DNA of 64,000 bases, taken from positions 10,230,001 through 10,294,000 of the forward strand of contig CM069133.1 of the NCBI GenBank assembly GCA_035221665.1. Direction: 5' to 3'. The stretch is from Okamejei kenojei. Its lineage: Eukaryota. Shown here one piece after another: positions 51,891-64,000 of the stretch; the first letter of the stretch is position 1; the number at the start of each line of letters is the position of its first letter. Made by a program: the position numbers and the translations under genes. Under the pieces are notes generated by a model. It saw only the letters and a program-made list of their open reading frames with translations, made no database searches and was not told where the DNA came from.

Positions 51891-53369
51891 TCCATTGCGC
51901 TCCAAGGAAGCTGCCAATATTGATAAGCAACATATCGAAGAACAGACTGTCTGAGTATTACCACATATCATTCTCAAATGATCATTATTTAAACTTGGGA
52001 AATTTCAATCTAAAGTTAATAAAACAAAATAAATTTGGAATGCACATTGTTTAATTGCTCATTTACTCTTGTTAATTTAAAAAATAAAATCAGAACATTG
52101 ATTTTAGTTTCTCATACAGGCTTGGTTTAACATGCCTCGCTAGCCCACGATAAATATTTTTACTAATATTACAATGTGCAAAGGATGTATATTAAGCAAG
52201 TTAATTCATTTTTCTTACCTCAAAGATTTCACAATTGGTATTCCTACCAGTCATTTAAAAACGCACTCATGAAATAATAAATATCTTGCTACAAATAAAT
52301 TATGGAACATTGTTTAAAGTATGGATATCATATCAGTGGCAAAACATTTGAGTGTTTTTGTGGCTGTGGAGACAAATCATTGGCTAGGTTCTTGACTAGT
52401 AAGTGTGCCAAAGCTTGTCGGGAGAAGGCAGGATTGAGAGGGAAAAATAGATGGCCATGATTCAATGGCCTAATTCTGCTCAAATGTCTTGTCTTGTAGA
52501 ATGTTGTTGGTATCCACAATGTGTAGAGTTCCTTGCTCACAAAAATAATTTCAGGATCTATTTTAAGTTATTGTTTTGGTTGTGAAAGTCATATGCCAAG
52601 AAGTGATTGCTCGGGAATGAAATGGGAAGGAGAGAAGTGAATAACAAAGATCTTGCAGGAGAGTTTGGCAGGAAAGATGTAAGGCGATGTAGAGTGTTTT
52701 ATGAATATATGGTTGGGGCACAAACCATCCATTATTTCATCAAATGGCAAGATAAGCTTAAACTCTACTCTTATTCCATTGGGGTTGAAATTTGTTAGTT
52801 ATTACTAAATTATGTACTTTTCCACAAAATGGGCAAATTAATTTATTATCCCTAAGATTGCTAAAGAGCAGATGACTGGGAGAATTTAAAAAAAAAACTT
52901 TTTTTTGTTAACTAGATAGCACGCAACAAAAAGGTTTTTCTTGCACACGTAACAATAATAAACTAAACTGATCTCTGAAACACTGGATCAGAGGTTCCTC
53001 TTTTAGCACTGAACAAGGCTCATGGCAACCTACTGAAGTGTAGCCTTTAGCTCCAGGTGACACAGTGTACTACGTGGTAGACTCCCATGAGTGCATAGCA
53101 AACCCTCAGTGTTCCCAGCTTGTAATGAATGGCTGGCATAGGTGTGATCAGATCTGTCCATCGGACATAATTCATGTACTTTAAATTTATTTAATTCTGT
53201 GAATGAGTATTTTACTTCGCAATTTCAATAAAATAATTAAAAATAAAATTATTTTTACTCTGCAGAGTGACTGAGCATTTTGAAATGTTTGTAAATGTAA
53301 AGGATCAGCTAGGAGCAGGTCCATACCCAGAGTAAAGCTTTGTAAAATGGTGTGGGCCAAGGACTGGTC

Positions 53370-54092
53370 TGAAAACATCATGGAAGAAGCGATTCCAGAA
53401 TCTGTTCATGATTGCTTTCAATCTTTTGTATCTTCTATCCAATGGAGAGGTGAGAAGAGGGAATGACTGGGGCGTAAATGATCCTTGATTATGATGACTG
53501 CTTTCTCAAGACAGGAAGACGTGTAGATGGAGGTGCAAGATGTCCTGGGCTACATCAACAACTTGCAAAGTTTTGAAGTCTTGGTCACACCTATTGCCCA
53601 ACCAAGTTGTGTTGCATTCCCATAGGCTGCTTTCTATAGTGTATCCGTAGCAGTTAGTAAAAGTTGACCAAGACATGGCGAACTTTCTTAATCTTCTAAG
53701 GAAGTCAAAGCTTTGGTGTCTGTCTTGGCCACAGCTTCAATGTGTTTGGTCCAGGCCATATTGTCGGTGATATTTACACCTAGGAACATAATGTTCTTGA
53801 CCAGTTCTACTTCGGCACTATTAATGCTGACTTGGGCTCATACACAACCTAATTCCCTGGTCAATAACTAATTCCTTCATCTTTCTGATATAGAGGGAGA
53901 GGTTATTGACCTGACACCATATTACTAAGTTCTCTATCTCTTTCCTGTACTTCTAATTGTTGTTACAATGGTGGTGTCATCTGCAAACTTGCAAATGCTG
54001 ATAGGGCAGACTTTGGCAGCACAGTCATGAGTGTATCAGGGGAATAAACAGGGCTGAGAACACATCCTTGTTGAGCATTTGGTGTTGAGAAT
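53370..54092 (-). mobile_element. Old Rex1-like LINE RT fragment
   Basis: Minus strand QGCVLSP (~54051-54071), KFADDT (~53974-53991), FLGVNI. Confidence 0.7.
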
Positions 54093-54349
54093 TTTATCAA
54101 ATGCAATGTTGACGCCCCAAGTCACAAACTAAGCCATGTTGGCTTGTGTACTTGTTATTTGCACTGTGAAAACTAGGAAGAAATTTGAGCATAGGGTGAG
54201 TCACAATTATAGTTTTGGGGATGAGCATTTTAGTTCAGAGTTTCACGCTGTTTGGGAGAAATGTTGGAAATTAAACTTAATGGCTAATTAACAAATTAAA
54301 CATAAAATACTAAGTTTAAGGTTTACATACTTAACCAATTAAAAAAAAT

Positions 54350-54685
54350 ATCAGAGGGGCATTTGGCCTAATCAATCCATGCTGGGTGCCAAGCAACCAT
54401 TTAAAAAAAAAATATATATTTTTCTTTTTTCACTAATTCTACCCGAACATTTTTTATTCTCCTCCCATTCCCATCAATTCAACCACTCATCTGCACACTC
54501 GAGGCAAGTTATATTGGCCATTTAACTAAACAACATGCAATTCTCAGATTGTGGGATGAAACAGAAGCACATGGAGGAAAACCATAAGGTTACAGGGTCA
54601 ATATCCAAACTCCACATAGCGAACGCAGTAAATGAGGAATGAATCCGGGTGGCTGTAGTTGTGAGGACTAACTGGACCATGCTCC
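54350..54685 (-). mobile_element. Old HE1/V-SINE-like element
   Basis: Degenerate match to 61007-61305. Confidence 0.6.
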
Positions 54686-55929
54686 ATTTTAGTACATTAA
54701 ATGTATAGAAACATTAAGTGTGATTCAAATCTCTATTTAAATTGGATATTTTGTTATAATTATTATCTCTGAACTTTAATACAACGCAATGAGTGTATAC
54801 CAAAAAGTTATTTAACCCTATGTGCCCATCTGTTGATCTAGTGTGTCCAAGTTATTATTGTAGTTACACCAAGGTGGAAAATATCGGAAACCATTGAAAG
54901 GATGAGCCATATTAAAGAACAATTTGTATTCTTAAATTATTTTAAACTGTTGTGGCATGCAAACACTAATGCATTTTGGCTGAGAACTGTATTAACGCGA
55001 CTCGGGACATCAACATTGCATTTGATGAACCAATATCTGCTGGAGGCATTTTGACTCGAGTTCCTTCTTAGTGATATGCCTTGGCAGAGGTTGCCTGATT
55101 TTGTGTTAGTGTTTTCAATCATTTTAAGTTTTGTATTTAGTAATTCTGTTAACTTTACAGGTTTACCTTTGAAAGAAATATGCTGAAAGTGACATAGCTG
55201 AGTCTGTTTTTCGTATTCTTCAAGCCAAGGAGACAATTTGACTTTACAGGCAGGTGTTAGGAGTTCAGAGTAAAGAGAGCCAGATGCGGAAGGGAATTGC
55301 TGCATTCTCATGTGGCTGTTTTTAATTCATCTATGCCCTTGGGTTAGTGTCAACTCGCTCTGCTCTAAATCCTGGGGCAACTTGCCTGACTTGCAATTCT
55401 ATCTCATTTGAAAGCATGGGAAAATTCTTCTATAATTCATTATACAACATATGTAAGAAAATTAGAACAGAAATTTAAGATGTAAAGGTTAGATTTGTAC
55501 TTCCTGCACACATCCTTCCCCTTCGACTCACTATTTTCCTTGGATATTAGAGATAACATTTTCATAAACACTCCCAAAAGTGCTCTCCTCAATTTTCACA
55601 GCATAGTTCCTTAAACTTTCCATTGTTTGTTCATTCTTCAGCTTTGCTTTAGTAATATTATTGGGGGGGGGGGTGAATCAAACTATGTAGATTTGAATAT
55701 ACTTACTGCACCAGTATCAAATAACATTTTCCTTATTGATTAGGAAAAATTAGATGTTTATTTTATAGTTAAATATCTCTGAACTTTATTTAAAAAAAAA
55801 TCAGAACCATGTGTAAAGTTGTGCATGAATACGGTATAATTTAGTGTTTTTGCAAACATCCATCAGTTGATTTCATCTATAACTCATAAAAGACACCAAA
55901 AAAATCATTATGTTGCCTTTCCTCCACAG

Positions 55930-56120
55930 CAGGGGTGTCAAGCTCGTGGCCCACAGGCCGGATGCAGCCCGTAAAGGGGTCCAATCCGGCCCGCGGGATC
56001 ATTTCCCCGATGCCAAAGTTGGCTGCAGCTGTTCCTGGTACTACATTCGCGTGTGCACGGCGCGTGAAGTCTCATTTTGCCCGTGACCTAAAATGAGTTT
56101 AAATGAGTTTGACACCCCTG
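55930..56120. mobile_element. hAT (Charlie-group-like) MITE, 191 bp
   Basis: TIR caggggtgtcaagctc / gagtttgacacccctg; perfect 8-bp TSD ctccacag (55922-55929 / 56121-56128). Confidence 0.92.
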
Positions 56121-57104
56121 CTCCACAGTATTAGAGTGAATGGCATCAAAAACACACTAGACTGATAACAAAGAACAGTTATTAAAAGTGGAGAGAGAGA
56201 GAAAAAACTATGCCTTTAGTAGGAACTAACATATGTATATGCATCAGTCTTTTAAATGTAATTACATTTTGGAAACCCATTTGTATTTATTGAGCTGACT
56301 TTGCGTCAGGCATTTGTAACTCATGGATTCCCCCAGGGACATTGGGAAGGTAGAATCCTGCCTACTGATTTAACAAGGATGGATTAAAAGTTGCATTAGA
56401 ATGACTGCGGAACTGAGCGACCACTAAAATAAAAATATTGTGGATTACGTGTCTGTGGTTTCTATAATAATCTGTAAATGGTGTAGAATGTCCAACTAAA
56501 TATATGGCAACACCAGACAGTCTGGCCCTCCTTTTAGACTTTTCACACAAGGTTAATTTACTTTTATACTTGCTTGGACCGCTAGAATGGAAAGTGCAGT
56601 CTGATCTAAGAAGGAAGATGAGCACCCATGGCAATCATTGTGAAGAACATCGCATAAAGATATATCGCCTGAAACAAACCGGGGAAGACGTTAATACTAT
56701 TGACTAATTTTAATGATTTCCAGAAGGACATTGTGTACTTGAGGTTTTGGGGGGGGAGATGAGGCTCCGTGAAGTGGGTTGGAGGTGGATTTGCAGCTAC
56801 TCGACCAACATCTAAGCTTGTGTTTGAAAATAATCAAAGACACTTTTGTATCCATAGCCAAAAAAAATCATGAGCACGGCAAACCCGACACACTGACCCC
56901 TGCAAGGACCAAAATTGTAATTTCAAAGCGAGAAGTCCAGTGAAATAGCTGAATGTAAAGGTTGGATAAATAAGCAACAGTTTGGCAGTTTCATTTGTGG
57001 TCTATGAGTTGATTGTATTACCAAACATTTTAAGTTCTGACAGAATGCATAAAGCATCTATTGTGTTATTCTGGAATAAGATGGTGTGCAGAAAATAACT
57101 GATA

Positions 57105-57330
57105 GTTCTGAAGTTGAAGTTTGGATTCGAGCCTTACTGCAGAAGCGGAGTACATAACCACAGGCTGATATTCCAGCAAAGTACTTGGGGAATGCCACAT
57201 TGACAGATGTCACTTTACTGATAATTATGTCTGTCTGTCATTTTGTCCATTGTCTTGTTCCTTGTTAAGGATTTTAAGATTTTATTCGGAGATCAAAGAT
57301 TTTCCCCTAACATTCTGGCCAAATTAGCCC
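57105..57330 (+). mobile_element. Old Deu-domain SINE remnant
   Basis: ggattcgagcc...aggctgatattccagcaaagtacttggggaatgc resembles the Deu core. Confidence 0.4.
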
Positions 57331-57361
57331 AACCTCCAGCTGAGCAAATCTAATTTAACTA

Positions 57362-57645
57362 TCACAGTGGCACAGCACTAGAGTTGCTGCCTCCCAGCTC
57401 CAGAGAATCCAGGTTCGATCCTGACCACAGTTGCTGTCCGTATTGAATTTGCACATTCTCTCCGTGATCGCGCGGGTTTTTTCCAGATGCTCCGATTTCC
57501 TCCCACGTTCCAAAGATGTGCAGGTTTGTTGGTCTCTGTAAATTGTCCTTAGTCTGTAGGATAGGACTAGTGTACGGGTGATCATTGGTCAGCACAGACT
57601 CGATGGGCCAAAGGACATGTTTCTATCCCTGAAACTAAAACTAAT
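57362..57645 (+). mobile_element. HE1/V-SINE-like element
   Basis: B box GGTTCGATCC at ~57412; colinear with 38535-38874; (AAACT) tail. Confidence 0.88.
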
Positions 57646-57877
57646 CTTAGCTGCCGTTTGACTGCTGCAACTGTACGGCTACAACTGCACTTTTAATGCT
57701 TCTCAATCAGTGGATTGCATTCGAAAGACACCCTGAGATGTAATTGCATGTTGTTCCTCTGTCTCTTTTTATAAAGAAAGTTGATGTCTTTCATTTGGCA
57801 GTGATTTGGGGAGAATGCAAAAATAAAATGATAGTGAATAATGCAAGCAAGTTGACAACATGTTGTATTTCAAGCAA

Positions 57878-58062
57878 AACACCCAAAGTGCAGGAGTAAC
57901 TCAGCAGATCAGGTAGCATCTGTGAGGACATAGCTAGGCATTATCTTTGTTGGAACTTATCTCAGACTGGAGCCTTCTTCCATTGATGCTGCCCGACCTA
58001 CTGGGTTATTCCACCACTTTCTGTTTCGTTCAAGATTCCAGCATCTGCAGTTCCTTGTGTCA
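57878..58062. mobile_element. Old palindromic Penelope-like copy
   Basis: ggagtaactcagcagatc...cagcatctgcagttccttgtgt. Confidence 0.65.
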
Positions 58063-58644
58063 ACATGTTTTATTTGTCAGCTTAAGTGACATTGTGTGTT
58101 TGAGTAAATTATGCCACAGAGGCTATAAAAGTAAGGTAGGTGACCAATAAACTACGAAGTGACACTTCAGTGGATTTTGTGCCCTATAAACCCGTGGCTT
58201 AATTGGGGTCAGTTGGGAACATTTAATAATTGCTGTCAGAAGATTAAATTTATTTTGCATTTTCACAGAACTGCTGCAGGGTAGAGTTAAACGAATTGTC
58301 ATCAGAGGTTTAAAAATGAACAAGGGTTTAATTAGGCTGATTAGAATGCTAGAAAAGTGAGATGAGGTAATCGAATATTTAACTTCCCATGCAGAGTTAA
58401 GGTATATTGTAAGATAATGTCCTCCTTGTAAATGCTTTTTTGGAGAGTGTTGAATAAAACAGTTGAAGCCTAACATAACTAATATAAAAAAATAAAACTA
58501 TATAATGTGTTCTTGTGTACAAGACAACTTAAATATGATCAACATAAAATTACTATTCATGATCATCAAAAGTTAATTTAACATAAAATTCTGGTGAACA
58601 AAATGATCAGCTTTAGAATTGAATGTCCAACAAGTGTATATTCC

Positions 58645-58775
58645 TGTGTAGGAAGGAACTATAGATGCTGCTTTAAACCAAAGATAAACAAAAAAGCTGG
58701 AGTAACTCAGCGGGTCAGACATCTCTGGAGAAAAGGAATAGATGACGTTTCGGGTCGTGACCCTTCTGCAGACAG
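58645..58775. mobile_element. Half-copy of Penelope-like repeat
   Basis: tgtgtaggaaggaact...gacgtttcgggtcgtgacccttc. Confidence 0.8.
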
Positions 58776-58943
58776 TCAGGAGAAACATATTCCGTTTCTT
58801 TTCAATTCAACCAATACATTTCTGTTAACAATTTATCTATTTCATTCTTCATGAATTATCAAAGGGTATTTTTGACTGCCCTAATCATGCCATGAGTGTA
58901 AGCTCCTGTGACTGATGTAACACATCAACATTTAAAAAAATAA

Positions 58944-59512
58944 GTTCATAAGACATTGGAGCAGAATTAAGCCATTCGGGCCATCAAGTGTGCTCCACCA
59001 TTTGATCATTGTAGACCACTTTTTTTCCCCCTCAAACCCATTCTCCTGGCTTCTCCGCATAATCCCTGACGCCCTTACTAATCAAGCACTGCGCCCTATG
59101 GTCATAAACTCTCATTACAGGAAACATCCTCTCCACATTCACTCTATCTAGGCCTTTCTGTAAGTTTCAATGAAGTCCTCCCTAATTCTTATAAACTTCA
59201 GCGAATACAGGTCCAGAGCCATCAAATGCTACTCATACATTAACCCAATCATCCCGGGATCATTCTGGTAAACTACTTCTAGACCCTCTCCAACTCCAGC
59301 ACATCCTTCCTCAGATATGGGGCGCTAAGCTGCTCACACTATTCCAAATGTGGAATGACCAATGCCTTATATAGACTCAGCATTACATCCTTGCTTTTAT
59401 ATTCTAGTCCTCTCGAAATGAATGCCAACCGCATTTGCCTTCCTTACTACTGACTCCAACCTGCAAATTAACCTTTTGTGAATCCTGCATCAATACTCTC
59501 GTGTCCCTTTCC
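58944..59512 (-). mobile_element. CR1 LINE 3' fragment with internal deletion
   Basis: 3' tail at 58944 like 38030; ORF2-derived sequence to ~59510. Confidence 0.8.
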
Positions 59513-59574
59513 GTTCACACACACAAGCTGAAGACGTTTTGTCAGGAAATTGGAAATCCATCGTTTCGTGTTGC

Positions 59575-59690
59575 AGAGAATGAAGGGATATGGATTATGT
59601 GCAGATAGATGAGTGTTGCGTGGCATCATGATTGGCACAAACATTGTGCGTTGACGGGCCTGTTGCTGTAATGTACTGTTTCTATGTTCT
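59575..59690 (+). mobile_element. CR1 3' UTR fragment
   Basis: gggatatggattatgtgcag...gggcctgtt...tgtttctatgttcta. Confidence 0.7.
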
Positions 59691-60561
59691 AACAAAAGAA
59701 AATAATATAAATATCAATTAAGTATTTTATTTTGATATTTATTATTGATATTGATATTATTTTGATATCGGCATTCAGTGGTTAAGTGTTGTTTGTCATT
59801 TTACATTTGTGGGTTACAGCTGAGTGCCAGTGATCAGAATGCCATTTTTGTGAGTTGCTGTGTGGCAGATTGTAATTAGGCATATCTCACTTGTAATCCC
59901 CATGCTTTCTTTCAACATGTCCCTGAGGTGAAAGCGTCAATAGGCATCAGTTATCAGCAAAATACCTGATGGAGGATGAACTCACCAGGGCACACTAAAG
60001 AAGTTACTAATAAGCAGGAATGCAACATTAGAGCCCCTAAGGCTTTTCCACAAATTGCTTCCAGGAGATTTAAAAGCTGCGCTGCATACTTGTATTAGTG
60101 TCCAGTCAGTACACGGTGTGATGTGTCTCATAATTTCTGATAATTATGGTTGTTTGTGCAATAACATGAAGAGCAAGTTATTTTGAAATAGTTAGGAGTT
60201 AGTGGTTACTTTGAAAACAATGTGTAATATATCTTCAGAATATAATTGAAAATAATGCTTCATATGTACTATGGACTATAGCTATGTTTTGTTATATATA
60301 CAGTGGGTTATTCAATGTCACCTTAAACTATGCAATAGTAATGTTATCTGTGGTACATTTTTTCTCATGTGCCTGTCACAGTAAGTGATCCCAGAGCATA
60401 AGTAACTAATCACAATCAACTGGAGCTGAGGCCACACATGGAAGTAAATCCAATTAGAATAGTGTTGGCGAGTAACCAGTACGGAGAGGAAACCAATGTG
60501 AAGGAGCAAAGATCTACTAACTAGCTGGGCTTATCAGTTGTCAGAGGTTTAGTTGAGAGAA

Positions 60562-61004
60562 CTGGGCAGTGGGCAGGTGCTATAGACCTGCACGGGAAGG
60601 TAGACGCTCCCACCCCCACAAGTCTCGGGCAGATGGGGCTCTTCAGCCTGGGAAGGCAGTCCATCTAGGAGAGGGAAAACCTCCACTGCCTTGTGGCCAT
60701 ATCCAGTCATGGAATAGGCTGCAGGAGTAAACCTCAAGCAAATCCAGAGTCTGAGCCCCTAAGGCAGTTCGTCGTTGTCTACAACCTCACTCTGGCAGCT
60801 CCTGCGACGGTGCTGGTGAAAAACTGTAATGGCCCTGCTGTTCCTTTGGATCGATCAGCGACGTGGAGAGGGGGGGGGGGGGGACGTGCTGCATGGGCAA
60901 CAGCCTGTCCTCCATATGACATCGCCCAGGCTTGCATCCAACTAGGATGCATCACCCATGGTCAGTCATGACCAAGGGGGGCCTACTACTACTACTACTA
61001 CTAC
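60562..61004 (+). mobile_element. RTE-derived non-autonomous element with (CTA)n tail
   Basis: RTE 5'UTR-like motif ggcagtccatctaggagagggaaaac; (CTA)7 tail; flanking gttgagagaa / gtttagagaa as probable TSD. Confidence 0.6.
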
Positions 61005-61006
61005 TT

Positions 61007-61305
61007 GTTTAGAGAAGCAGCATAGAAACAGCCCCTTTGGCCCAATGAGTCTAGGCTGAGCATTGGTCACCCATTTGCACTAGTTCTGTAATCCCACTTT
61101 CTCAACCACTCATTGCACATTAGGGGCAATTTTTACAGAGGCTAATCAACCTACAAATGCATGTATTTGGGAAACCAGAACACCTGGAGGAAACTTACTT
61201 GGTCACACGGAGAACATGCAGACTCCACACAGACAGCACCCAAGCTCAGGATCGAACCGGGGTATCCAGCGCTGCGAGGCAGCTGCTCTAACAACAGTGC
61301 CACCC
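61007..61305 (-). mobile_element. HE1/V-SINE-like element
   Basis: B box on minus strand (ggatcgaacc ~61249-61258); reverse complement of the 38535 family. Confidence 0.85.
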
Positions 61306-62854
61306 TAATAACGCAGCCAGTGAAGTTAGTAAAGTTCAGCAGCCAGCAGAATTGCAGCAGCTGGAACAGTTGCTGACTCCAACCACGATTCCAACCAGGC
61401 CTTGAGCACTGCGTAAGTGCAAATTGCCTGTTCTACTGTGACTGCACTGGTTTCCCCGAGTGCTCCAGTTTCATTTTGGCCATTTTGGAGGTGAATGGTG
61501 AACCGTTAGTTTGATTGAAGAGTTAAGGGGGTAGATTAGAGGTGAGTGGTGGGATAAAGACCGTTGGGCTGTTGGCACAACGGAAGATAGGGGAGGTGGA
61601 GGGAGAAGAGGTAATGGTTTGGTTCAATGGATGGAATTTGTCGGTCTCTGACATTGTGTCCTACTGTGAAGTACTTCTATTGTGATTCAGAAATCTCATC
61701 AAAATTAAAACACAACTCCTGATGGTTGAAATTCCAGATTGGTGCAAAGCAAAATGGAATTATTGTACCACTCTATGGTGAATATGTTCTCGATCATATA
61801 GTGCAAAAGTGAACAATACTTAACAAACCTATTTTTAAGCTATTATGCTTTGAACAGCAATAAAGATCAGAACTAATTGAATGTTTCCTTTATTTTGTTG
61901 CTTGATAGGAGTTATCAAAATATTTACAAAACAGTGGCGGACAAGAATGCTCTATTTGGCTCTTACACCAGTAAAACAATATTGACATTGCTTTCGTTTG
62001 AAACTAAAAACTTATTTGCGTTATATACAACAAACATAACCGTACATAAGCTGTTGCACCCCTCTCCACGTTATCTCCTGTTGAAAATGTTTAACCTAAA
62101 GCAATATAACTACAGTGACGAAATTTAACAGCTACATGAACAAAGCAGACAGCTGTAAAACATCAATTCAAAACATTCTCAAAATGAAGCAACGTTTGTA
62201 CTCTTTTATGTTTAGATAATTGTGGTTGAAGTTCTTACCTTTATTAGATAATTGCTATACATCACGTGATACGTTTCAAAGATTAAAATTTGAAGCAGAC
62301 TCAAGATTTGTTCTTGTAAAAATGCTCCGAGTAGAAACATTACTTTTTTTTAACTATCACAATTTAAGATTGATATGCATCCCTTCACTTTTTATTGAAG
62401 CTTTCACCTCTCAACATCTAGGGAAGTAACAATAGGAGAACCACCTAGAATAGATTATGAATATGAAGCTGGTTCTTACCATTGGTTGATCAGAAAATAA
62501 TGGGGGTGATATCACACGTTGGGCGGCTTGGCAAATGGAGTTACCACTGAGCAGCTGAGAACCAAATCTCACTCACTATTGGGGGGGCCTTGATCTCAAT
62601 TAAACTATTGAGCTGCTAGTTTCCTCCACTGGCTCTGGACACCAACTGTCAACACTTGTGAAAACCATGCATGCACATAAAGGGTGCCCATAATAGTCAA
62701 TTTTAAGTTGCCCATTGAACACTTAAAAAGTAGGCGTGGTATCAGTAAACTTCTAAAACAATCTATTTCCTACATCTGATCTGCTTTTTATATGTTTGTA
62801 TTATTATAGTTATCTTGGAAGCTGGTAGAGCCAGTTTAACATCTAAAGTTAATT

Positions 62855-62928
62855 AAGAGTCAAGACTCTTTTATTGCCATATGTCCTGGGTGGGACAATG
62901 ACATTCTTACTTGCTGCAGTGCAACGTA
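62855..62928 (-). mobile_element. Rex1-like LINE 3' UTR fragment
   Basis: tttattgccatatgtcc...ggacaatgacattcttacttgctgcag resembles Rex1-type tails. Confidence 0.5.
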
Positions 62929-63434
62929 ATATGTGAATATGTAAACATGGTACATAACAGGGATTAAAAATAATTGAATGTTCTTTAGAAGGAATATAAC
63001 ATTTTACACAACAAAATCAAATTCATAATACTTTAGTTTTTGAATGTTGTTCAGTTTTAGATTTAGACATTTTTAAATTTAGATTCAGTTTTAGACATTG
63101 TATCTGATGTGAAGGGTTGTCAACCATTTTTTGGGTGGAGCTTGTTACCAGGGACACCATAAGTTTTTACCAGGGACACCACTGTTAAGCTTTGGAACTT
63201 GCTAGACGACCAGGAGGTCCAAGGATCAAATTCAAGCAATTGCTGGATTCAAGGACAAATAACCGACAAACCTGGACCTTTTTTAATTTGACACGTATAA
63301 ATCCAATCCCCAAATTTTCTGAACCTGTAGGAATGAGCTTCACATTTGTGTTAGTTAACTTTGCTGTCACTTTGACAATCGTTAACAAATTTTCCATGTA
63401 ATGACTCTTGCACTGCCAAATTATTAGGCCAATG

Positions 63435-63435
63435 A

Positions 63436-63468
<33 letters not shown>
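63435..63468. repeat. (TG)n(TA)n compound microsatellite
   Basis: Directly visible. Confidence 0.95.
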
Positions 63469-64000
63469 TTTCATCATTTGTAGAGAAATGTCATATTTAG
63501 TACATGTAATGGGTGAAGGGACCAGAAATTCATCCGTCAGGATGCCAACATTGAAGCGGTTAAATTCTTAGATAGCAAGTTTTGGATATTTGTGCATCAT
63601 TTAAAATCTAGGCCTCACTTGGCATTGCTGATTACTTTACAATGATGATGAAGTTCACATTTTAACTTGGCTCACTGCTTAGAGTTTGATAATGCAAATA
63701 TTTGAATTAATTATGAAATGACTCATTTGTGTGGCCACTTCTTGATTCATATGTAACTTAAGCTAGTTTGGCTACATCTCCGAGCATCTTAATCAATCAT
63801 GTGCATGAATTCATTCATGTGGTTTGAGGTAAATTGTCCCGCAATTGAACACACCCATTAACAAGGCATCCAATTTCAGCCCTTGATAACCAAGTAACCT
63901 TTCTTCCTTTGACAAAAATATAGCATAAATATACATTGGTACAACAGAATCTTCAATATTTCCTTCAGATTTATCAATAGACTATTATTGTATGTTATAT

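Noticed and set aside
9134-63401. Remaining 60-120 aa ORFs in the track
   Set aside because: No recognisable domains, mostly non-ATG starts or TE-derived; expected by chance

Overview
Vertebrate genomic DNA, most likely an elasmobranch (skate/ray-like), inferred from HE1-like tRNA/V-SINEs and HER1-like CR1 LINE tails. It is AT-rich and has one assembly gap (26757-27098). I see no confident host protein-coding exon. The layout fits a CpG-island promoter (~6.9-8.4 kb, CpG elevated to ~11.3 kb) with non-coding 5' exon(s) of an unidentified + strand gene, followed by a >50 kb TE-rich intron. Main elements: (1) a degenerate DIRS1-type tyrosine-recombinase retrotransposon with intact termini (20537-25259; ITRs, ICR, gag/RT/RNaseH/MT/YR remnants) and an unexpected ~24-bp flanking duplication; (2) a CR1 internal fragment (esterase ORF1 end, APE, RT); (3) Rex1-like LINE pieces, SINEs, and hAT and Tigger-like MITEs. 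The most interesting signals are two ribozyme-like motifs in short retroelements. A 137-bp TSD-flanked element (640-776) begins exactly with a minimal CPEB3/HDV-like fold. A recurrent palindromic repeat (best copy 17205-17426) has Penelope-like architecture and a hammerhead core. All calls are by eye, and boundaries of old repeats are approximate.
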